Shown here: in pieces, positions 1 to 7,387 of the stretch
How positions within the stretch are numbered: position 1 is the stretch's first letter
Layout: the number at the start of each line of letters is the position of its first letter
Source of the DNA: Eledone cirrhosa
Taxonomy: Eukaryota
Direction of reading: 5' to 3'
NCBI GenBank assembly: GCA_964016885.1
Contig: OZ024743.1
Location: 178,746,001-178,810,000, forward strand
DNA length: 64,000 nucleotides
Program-made: the position numbers and the translations under genes
Notes under the pieces: model-generated
What the model was told of the DNA's origin: nothing
The model's input: only the letters and a program-made list of their open reading frames with translations
Databases searched by the model: none

Positions 1-469
1 GTTTAAGATGTGGTCTGTGGCGTAGAGTATTTCCAGGGCCTCAGCGGCGCAGAGGTCACATGGTCTTTTATTTCCGTTATACGATCTAGCCCTAGCTAGG
101 ATCTCCCAGTGTAACTTATATTGGGTGTGGTTGTCTTTTAGACTCTAGATATAAGCTGAAAGTGACGTCATATTCCTTCTTAGAGGGTATCGAAAAGAAT
201 GGGTATGCATGTAAAGACGCTGCTTGAAACTATTGGCGGTTAACCCTATGTAGGCCCTACGGGACGTGGGTGTTACAACCTTACATTTGTAGACAATGTT
301 ACTAGAGAGGCATTTCCCGGATAGGGGGCAATCAGCCCGATTCCTACAATTACAGTTAGTACTAACTACAGGGTTGCACGTGTTCCTACGGCTAGGTAGT
401 TTAGCTAAATTTGAAGCTGTGATGTTATTTGCAAGGTTAGGAGTCGTAGAGTAAGAAATTTTAATAGTA
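1..469 (-). mobile_element. Inverted 5'-truncated copy of the Penelope-like element (linker + GIY-YIG region), running off the window edge
   Basis: Reverse complement of 1-469 aligns without gaps to 1759-2227. I saw two substitutions: 387 (AGG/R vs TGG/W at 1841) and 146 (TAG stop vs TGG/W at 2082). Confidence 0.95.
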
Positions 470-2314
470 AACCTGAAGAATAGAATTCGTTCTATTAAGG
501 ATTCTAACGCAGTGCACGTCCATTCCGACAAAACTGGCAACCTATATCAAGTGGAGCGCAGTACTTACCATCAACTACTACATAATGCTGTAACTAAGGA
601 TTACCGTAAAACTAATCGGTGCGTCATCAATGAAATCAACGATGCTGGGTTTAAAATCACATCTGATCTCAACATTCTGGACCGGACCGAACCTCTGGAC
701 ACTATCTCTCCCCACTTTACCCTGAAGGATCACAAATCCAATTTTCCGAACAACCCCTCTATTCCGCTTATTAACCCTACGAAGACCGATTTAGGTAGAC
801 TTAGTAAAACGATTCTTGATAGAATTATACCTGAAATTAGAAGTTTGGCCCCTCTCGCACTGTGGAACAATTCTTTCGCGGTGATTGATTGGTTCAACGG
901 CATATGTAACAAGGAACATTGCCGTTTTATCTAATTCGACATCAACAATTACTACTCCTCCATCACTTTACCACTTCTCCTTAGAGCTATCAATTTCGCT
1001 AAAACACTCACAGTGGTTAAGGATTTCGAAGTTGATGTCATCCTTAATGCCCGAAAGTCGGTGATTAATTTCGACGACTCTATTTGGATTAAAAAATCCA
1101 ATAGTACCCCATTCGACGTGAGTATGGGCGCCAGTGACTCTGCGGAGGTTACTGATCTTATTGGCCTTTTCCTTCTTTTCTCTATCAAGGACGAATTCCC
1201 CAACGCGGGCGGTGGTTTGTACCGAGACGATGGTCTTTTGACCATGACTAAGTGCGGACCTCGTGCTTGCGACAGGTTCAGAAAAGAACTCACAGCCTTC
1301 TTTAAAGGCTTCAACCTCTCTATACAGGTTGAGGCCAATCTCTCGGTCGTTAATTACCTCGACGTTACCCTCGATTTATTGAATGGGTTGTATTACCCGT
1401 ATAGAAAGCCGAATGATACGCTTAATTACATAAGTAAGCATTCCAACCATCCTGCCAGCATAACCAAGAACCTGGTAAGAAACGTTTCGTTGAGGCTTTC
1501 CCGTCTTTCCACCAACGAGCGCATTTTCAACGACCATTCCACTTATTACAATGAAGCTCTTGCTCGAAGTGGATTTGTCGATAAGGTAGCATATACAGAG
1601 TATGAAAATAGACCTAGAAGAAATATATCCCGTCGCATTTGTTGGTTTAACCCACCATATAATATGGAGGTGGCCACACCATTAGCTAAGATTTTTCTTT
1701 CCCTTATTACGAAGCATTTTCCCCCTACACATAAATATAGTAAAATTTTTAATAGAAATACTATTAAAATTTCTTACTCTACGACTCCTAACCTTGCAAA
1801 TAACATCACAGCTTCAAATTTAGCTAAACTACCTAGCCGTTGGAACACGTGCAACCCTGTAGTTAGTACTAACTGTAATTGTAGGAATCGGGCTGATTGC
1901 CCCCTATCCGGGAAATGCCTCTCTAGTAACATTGTCTACAAATGTAAGGTTGTAACACCCACGTCCCGTAGGGCCTACATAGGGTTAACCGCCAATAGTT
2001 TCAAGCAGCGTCTTTACATGCATACCCATTCTTTTCGATACCCTCTAAGAAGGAATATGACGTCACTTTCAGCTTATATCTGGAGTCTAAAAGACAACCA
2101 CACCCAATATAAGTTACACTGGGAGATCCTAGCTAGGGCTAGATCGTATAACGGAAATAAAAGACCATGTGACCTCTGCGCCGCTGAGGCCCTGGAAATA
2201 CTCTACGCCACAGACCACATCTTAAACAAAAAATCTGAGGCAATTTCGGCTTGTAAACATAAATTGCACAAAACTTTCCTGTATTACAGCCCCACGTTAC
2301 ACCCTAATGGATAG
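470..2314 (+). pseudogene. PLE reverse transcriptase / GIY-YIG endonuclease polyprotein, N-terminally truncated, one in-frame stop (TAA 932-934)
   Basis: ORFs 512-934 and 1013-2314 share a frame. Motifs: SDKTGNLY (DKG-like), LINP, FI*FDINNYYSSI (RT motif A), MGASDSAEVTDL (motif B), LYRDDGL (motif C), VNYLDVTL, YRKP..YISKHSNHP (thumb), CNCRNRADCPLSGKC linker, NIVY..AYIGLT..FKQR..E..LN (GIY-YIG). Confidence 0.93.
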
Positions 2315-2395
2315 CACGATCTATACGCAGATATTTTACGTCTTGATGTGGGAGCTAAGTATATGTTTTGTTTATTCCTTTACTTATTTGCATAG

Positions 2396-3145
2396 GTAAG
2401 TATATATTACCCATATGTTTTGTGAAGGTATGTATACCTTCTCGTACGTATATTTGACTGTTATGGCGTATCATTTTTACATATTCTGGTATTTAGGGTT
2501 TGGCTATGTGTATACGGGAGTTTTGCGTCCGAGTGAGTATGCAGGTTCGTACGTATGGTGGGTGTGTGTATATGTGTACTTCTTGTTTTAGTTGACTTAC
2601 GTCTCCGAACATTCGTGTATTTATATGTAGGTGTGTGTCTGCGCTTGTTATATACGTATTTATTTACTTATATACGTTTATATAATTATTTATTTATTTG
2701 TACACAAGCATACACACACACACATATTTATATGTGCGTGGTTTTGTATACCTATGGTAAGGTTTTGCGTATGCTTGTGTATGTACGTATCTGTTTGCGT
2801 GTATGTATTTATTTGTTTCTATTACTTCTGTATTGTATTTATTTACTTTGTTCTTAACTCTGTAGCGGAGATTCATTTGGTCTCCTAGTTAGAATTTCAG
2901 TCTACGACTTCTGCTATACCATTTACGTGGTTTTGTCTTTGCGTGCTTTTGTTCTCCACGCTCCACATATGACTTATTATCTTCGTTTTTTCGTTCATTG
3001 CCTGAGAACGTCTCTATGCACCACCTAAGAGAACATTAGTCTACGACCTCTTTTATACCATAAACGTGGTTTTGTCTTTGCGCGTAATTGTTTTTCACCG
3101 CTCCTATTAATGACGTATTATTCGTTTTTTCCCGTTCTTTGCCAG
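2396..3145 (+). other. Spliceosomal (GT-AG) intron, 750 bp, in the PLE terminal region
   Basis: Donor CATAG|GTAAGT at 2396. Polypyrimidine tract TTCGTTTTTTCCCGTTCTTTGCCAG| ends at 3145, with a candidate branch site TGAC at 3111-3114. The antisense copy joins ...TTGCATAG|CGAACGTT... at 4609/4608, i.e. lacks precisely this segment. Confidence 0.88.
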
Positions 3146-3165
3146 CGAACGTTACCACGAACCAA
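2889..3165 (+). repeat. Diverged 2-copy tandem duplication (~139-bp period) covering the intron acceptor region
   Basis: AGTCTACGAC at 2899 and 3038; both copies share ACGTGGTTTTGTCTTTGCG, ATGAC, TTCGTTTTTT and GAACGT. Confidence 0.85.
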
Positions 3166-3226
3166 AGTATCGTCTTCCTGTCTTCCTCCGATTGCAACGT
3201 TTTTTGAAATATCCGGTTCTGCGTTT

Positions 3227-3302
3227 ACAGATTGACTTTGTTAGTTTCAGAAGATCCCGTTAAGGGTGAAAGCAGCGATTCTTTGCTTAAACTTTAATCT
3301 GT
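3227..3302 (+). ncRNA. Type I hammerhead ribozyme-like fold with variant core
   Basis: Stem I: ACAGATTGA 3227-35 / TTAATCTGT 3294-3302, 7-nt bulge, AGTTT 3243-47 / AAACT 3289-93. Core CAGAAGA 3248-54. Stem II: T-CCC-GTTAA-GGG-T 3255-67. GAAA 3268-71. Stem III: AGCAG 3271-75 / TTGCT 3283-87. Predicted cleavage after CUU (3288). Folded by eye. Confidence 0.8.
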
Positions 3303-3398
3303 TATTTTAATAAATATTTGCTCTACGGTTCTTATATATTTGATATATATTTTCCTTATCGAGCCCTCTTTGGATTTAGTCTTCAATTTTATTATTAT

Positions 3399-3401
<3 letters not shown>

Positions 3402-3451
<50 letters not shown>

Positions 3452-3457
3452 TATATA
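3402..3457. repeat. (TA)n microsatellite at PLE 3' end
   Basis: Near-perfect TA run directly after 3401. Confidence 0.97.
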
Positions 3458-3646
3458 GATGAGATTCTACAGGACTAGAACTGTTTCATTCTTTAGAAAT
3501 CATCAGGAATCTGGCTTTCCAAAAATAAATGTAGTGGTATTTATATCTTTTATACTCTGCCATGTATTGAGTACCTTACTTACTGTGGTTACCTCCGATT
3601 CAACCCGGAATAACTTACATATATATATATGGATACATATATATAT

Positions 3647-3800
3647 ACATGTCCAGCCAACCTCAGTCTCCTCTGTGTCACTTTTGAGCTGACTTTTGGG
3701 ATGCTCCCATACAGCTCTGAGTTTTTCATCCTCAGTGTATACTGATTAATGTTCAGAGCCATCCTCAGCATTCTCGTGTAGCACCCATCCACCATCTGAG
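3647..3800 (-). mobile_element. RTE-clade LINE fragment, inverted 5' segment
   Basis: Translates DGCYTRMLRMALNI..NSELYGSIPKVSSKVTQRRLRLAGHV, typical of the post-RT C-terminal region of RTE-clade ORFs. Confidence 0.85.
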
Positions 3801-4003
3801 TTGACATTGCACTCAGTGCTCCTTTGGGAGCCCCTACATGGACACACTAGAAGAGGAAGACCAAGGTTAACATATGTTGATGCCCTAAGGACAGATACTG
3901 GTCTGTTGGAGATGCAGGATATGGCAGCGATAATGAGGGACAGAGACCGCTGGAGAGAACTCGTCCATGGATCTCGGGAATTTTACCCGCCTTAGATAGA
4001 TAG
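3801..4003 (+). mobile_element. RTE-clade LINE 3' end with short (AGAT)n tail
   Basis: Translates [40 protein letters not shown]..stop (3995), the usual RTE C-terminus, followed by TAGATAGATAGAT. Confidence 0.85.
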
Positions 4004-4350
4004 ATATATATACATACATATATACATATATACATATACATATATACACATATATATACACATATATATATACACACATATATATATATATACACATATA
4101 TACACATATATATACACATATATATATACACATATTTATATATATATACACATATATTATTATACATATATATACACACACATATATATATACATATACA
4201 TATATATATATACATATACACACACATATATATGTACATATATATATATATACATATACACATATACATATATATACATATACATATATACATATATATA
4301 TATATACATATATATATGCATATACATATATATACATATACATATATATA
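4004..4350. repeat. Compound (TA)n/(TACA) microsatellite
   Basis: Alternating TA with interspersed CA. Confidence 0.97.
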
Positions 4351-4686
4351 GTAATAATAATAAATTTGAAGACTAAAATCCAAAGAGGGCTCGAGAAGGA
4401 TAAATATATATCAAATATATATGAACCGTAGAGCAAATATTTATTAAAATAACAGATTAAAGTTTAAGCAAAGAATCGCTGCTTTCACCCTTAACGGGAT
4501 CTTCTGAAACTAACAAAGTCAATCTGTAAACGCAGTAGTGGATATTTCAAAAAACGTTGCAACTGGAGGAAGACAGGAAGACGATACTTTGGTTCATGGA
4601 AACGTTCGCTATGCAAATAAGTAATGGTATAAACAAAACATACTTAGCTCCCACATCAAGACGTAAAATATCCACGTATATATCGT
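4351..4686 (-). mobile_element. 336-bp intron-less (spliced) copy of the PLE terminal region; non-autonomous, hammerhead-bearing
   Basis: Reverse complement aligns to 2316-2395 joined to 3146-3401 with scattered substitutions. It has the same 3' end nucleotide and is flanked by TA-type microsatellite on both sides. Confidence 0.9.
4452..4527 (-). ncRNA. Second copy of the variant hammerhead fold
   Basis: Reverse complement is identical to 3227-3302 over 76 nt; predicted cleavage after 4466 on the minus strand. Confidence 0.8.
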
Positions 4687-4744
4687 ACATATACATATAC
4701 ATATATACATATACATATATATATATGCACACACACACACACAC
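4687..4744. repeat. (TACATA)/(TA)/(CA) microsatellite
   Basis: Direct inspection. Confidence 0.9.
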
Positions 4745-4798
4745 TACTCATATCTCTACCTGTTTTCTCCTTATCCGAACTTTCCTGATTACATTTAC

Positions 4799-5359
4799 AA
4801 CTCAGATTACATTTATTGTATTCAGCCATGTAGAGTGAAAAAAATTTTTTTTTCAATGTGGCAAAGCCGGCCATTTATCGCTCGTATACAGGAAACTGAC
4901 TGGCCAGTCTGCTGATATGTAAATCTGGCTGATCAGCCGCTCTGCTAATATGTAAATCAGGCCGATCAGTCACTGTATATTTTAGAAAATAGCATATATT
5001 TGGCAGCTGTATTGATGAAGGGTGATACCCAGAAACATTCGTGACTGCAGTTCTGTTTACATGCCAACACAAGAGCAAGAATGAAGGGTTCATTTTAGTG
5101 ATATGGCTTTAAAAATGAAGTTTGTTTGCATAATTGCAAACGAGGGCGGTGGATTGGCAGTATAGGTAGAGAGTCGGATGCCATGCTTTCCAGCATAGTT
5201 ACGTCCCTTTACGATCTGAGTTCAAATCCCGTCGAGGTTAACTTTGCCTTTCATCCTTACGGGGTCGATACAATAAAGTACTAGAAATGTGCCAAAAGTA
5301 GAAACAATTATTAATATTCGAAAAACTCAGATTACATTTATTGTATTCAGCCATGTAGA
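4799..5359 (+). repeat. 36-bp exact direct repeat pair (4799-4834 and 5324-5359)
   Basis: AACTCAGATTACATTTATTGTATTCAGCCATGTAGA occurs twice, 525 bp apart, each followed by an A/T run. Confidence 0.9.
5143..5285 (+). mobile_element. Degenerate tRNA-derived SINE (octopus-type), 3'-truncated
   Basis: Pol III A box TGGCAGTATAGG 5155-5166 and B box GAGTTCAAATCC 5218-5229, then ACTTTGCCTTTCATCCTT..GGGGTCGATA..ATAAAGTAC, a core I recognise from octopus SINEs (from memory, not searched). Confidence 0.8.
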
Positions 5360-5373
5360 CCGAATTTTTTTTT

Positions 5374-5374
<1 letters not shown>

Positions 5375-5433
<59 letters not shown>
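5375..5433. repeat. (TA)n microsatellite
   Basis: Direct inspection. Confidence 0.95.
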
Positions 5434-5434
<1 letters not shown>

Positions 5435-6453
5435 TAGCAACAGTACCCAGCATTGCCTGGGTAGGTAAAATAATATCTGTTTTGATGAAAAGGTGTTGAT
5501 CTTAGCGACTGCTTCTCGGTGACTCATCTATGGCCACACACAGGCCACGCGGGGGAGGGTGGTGATGACCTCTATCACTGAGAAACGCGGGTGACTGACG
5601 AAGGGGCATGCTGTGGGAGGGGGGTAATGACCTCTAACACTAAGCCAAATTTCCTCACGCTAGTTGATTGGAAACCGATGAATTATCAAATACACAACTA
5701 AAAGCTCAGACGACGTCAGTGGCCATCGTTTTGCCTTTGACCATCTATAAGATGTGCAATGATAGGTTCTATCGTAATATAAAAGTTGAACCAAATAAAT
5801 TTATTTATGTCTGAGGTGGAGCCGAAGTTTCGAATTTGAAAGAAGTCGATTGAAAAATGTGGGAGCTAGAGCCGAAAAGGCGGAAATTTGAGCGAAAAGG
5901 TGGTATTTTCGAATATTTAAGCGGCTGCCATGCCGTTCCTGAACAAAAACTCCAAAATGTAAAGCCCCTTTAAGACGTGAAATAATCAGATCGAGCGTAG
6001 TGTAAATTTTGAACAAAGTAGGTGATTAATGTGGGAGCTAGAGCCGAAAAAGTGGAAATTTGAGTTTAAAAGTGGTATTTTTGAATATTTAAGCGGCTGC
6101 CACGCCATCTCTGAACAACAAATGCAAAATATAAAGCCATTACAGGATGTGCAATGATAAATTCTATTTTGCTTTAAAATTGGAACGAAATCGGTGGCAA
6201 AATGTGGGAGCTAGAGCCAAAAATCTTATTTTTCGATACCTAAATAAAGGTGACCCCCCCCCCCCCCCCCCCTATCGATTTTTATCTGCAGAATGACCCC
6301 GGAATAAAAAAAAAACGATACGCTGATATGTAGAAAACACTCCCCGATGATTAATCTATGAGCCTGTAAAGTTTCATGAAAATCGGTCGTAAGATGTAGG
6401 CCCCTATAGGTAATACACACACACACACACACACATAATTTTTTATATACAGA
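5434..6453 (-). mobile_element. Non-autonomous Helitron-like element (~1020 bp)
   Basis: On the minus strand it starts A|TCTGTATATAAAAAATTA(TG)n at 6453. It ends with hairpin TACCCAG-GCAATG-CTGGGTA (5463-5444), 6 nt, then CTAG|T (5437-5434). This gives canonical 5'-TC, 3'-hairpin-CTRR, A|T insertion and no TSD. Confidence 0.75.
5750..6225. repeat. ~172-bp diverged tandem repeats inside the Helitron-like element
   Basis: AATGTGGGAGCTAGAGCC at 5856, 6028 and 6201; GAATATTTAAGCGGCTGCCA twice; ATGTGCAATGATA at ~5752 and ~6147. Confidence 0.85.
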
Positions 6454-6774
6454 TATACAGAGAGAGAGAGAGTGATTATATATATACACGCATACAGAGA
6501 CATATACATGTGTTTTCACAGTTCTGTTCACTTGAATATACACTCTCGAGGATATTTATATTTTATACACACACATTTCAATAGTCATACAACACGTTCT
6601 TTCCCACACAGCTTCTTCTGTATGTGAAAACAAACGCGGTGAGGTATGTGTGTGTGTCTGTCTCTCTGTGTATATGTGTGAGTGTGAGCGTGAATTTTAT
6701 TTGATGTATGTATGTACGTATGTATGTACGTGTGTGTGTACGTGTGTGTGTATGTAAGTATGTATCTATGTAAT

Positions 6775-7056
6775 GCCAGGCTGCTCATCAGTGCTACTGG
6801 TAACATGTAACCCAGTACAACCTGTGCATGGTCGGGTGGTCGGTAACTAAACTGGCAACCTCCACAAAACTTGGTTGGTGAGGAGGGTGATTTTAGACAC
6901 CATACGGGATGAGAAACAAAACCCGTAATGGGAGGATGGACTCAGGAGAGCCAACGGCCATACAACACATTTTTTTTTTGTTATGTGGAACGAGAGACGC
7001 CTAGTCTTCATTAAGACATCTCTCTAGGAGAAGGTCACTCTGACATAAAGCCTGCG
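6775..7056 (+). mobile_element. Probable RTE-LINE 5'UTR fragment
   Basis: CTAGGAGAAGGTCACTCTGA (7024-7043) resembles the conserved RTE 5' domain (CTAGGAGAAGGAAAACTCTGA, from memory). It starts right after a TG/TATG microsatellite and has several hairpins. Confidence 0.5.
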
Positions 7057-7187
7057 ACATCTTTTGCATCCAATCATGTAGACCAGTTATTCTTTTGGGG
7101 TAAATCATTCGATGTTCAGAGCAATGTCTTTCCTCACCTAAAAAAGCTTCAAACACAAGCATCGCTTGATATGTCATATCGTCTTAA

Positions 7188-7387
7188 NNNNNNNNNNNNN
7201 NNNNNNNNNNNNNNNNNNNNNNNNNNNNNNNNNNNNNNNNNNNNNNNNNNNNNNNNNNNNNNNNNNNNNNNNNNNNNNNNNNNNNNNNNNNNNNNNNNNN
7301 NNNNNNNNNNNNNNNNNNNNNNNNNNNNNNNNNNNNNNNNNNNNNNNNNNNNNNNNNNNNNNNNNNNNNNNNNNNNNNNNNNNNNNN
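7188..7387. other. Assembly gap (200 N)
   Basis: Run of exactly 200 N, a placeholder-sized scaffolding gap. Confidence 0.99.

Larger units (their letters stand above)
470..3401 (+). mobile_element. Penelope-like retroelement (EN+ PLE), 5'-truncated, with intron- and hammerhead-containing terminal region (pLTR), ending in (TA)n
   Basis: RT + GIY-YIG reading frame 470-2314, then ~1.1 kb non-coding tail. The tail's 3' end (ATTATTATTAC, 3401) is defined by the second copy at 4351, and both are followed by (TA)n. Confidence 0.93.

Noticed and set aside
730-1338. Minus-strand ORFs 730-912 and 952-1338
   Set aside because: Antisense shadows of the RT frame with no recognisable motifs.
2555-2888. 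Hydrophobic ORFs in the PLE tail
   Set aside because: TG/TA low-complexity sequence inside the intron.
3847-4436. 178/183-aa Tyr/Ile/Cys-rich ORFs
   Set aside because: Translation of the (TA)/(TACA) microsatellite.
5143-5232. Functional tRNA gene
   Set aside because: A/B boxes are present but widely spaced, no cloverleaf can be formed, and a SINE core follows.
2346-6212. Shared 12-mer ATGTGGGAGCTA between the PLE terminal exon and the Helitron internal repeat
   Set aside because: No similarity extends beyond 12 bp; probably coincidence.
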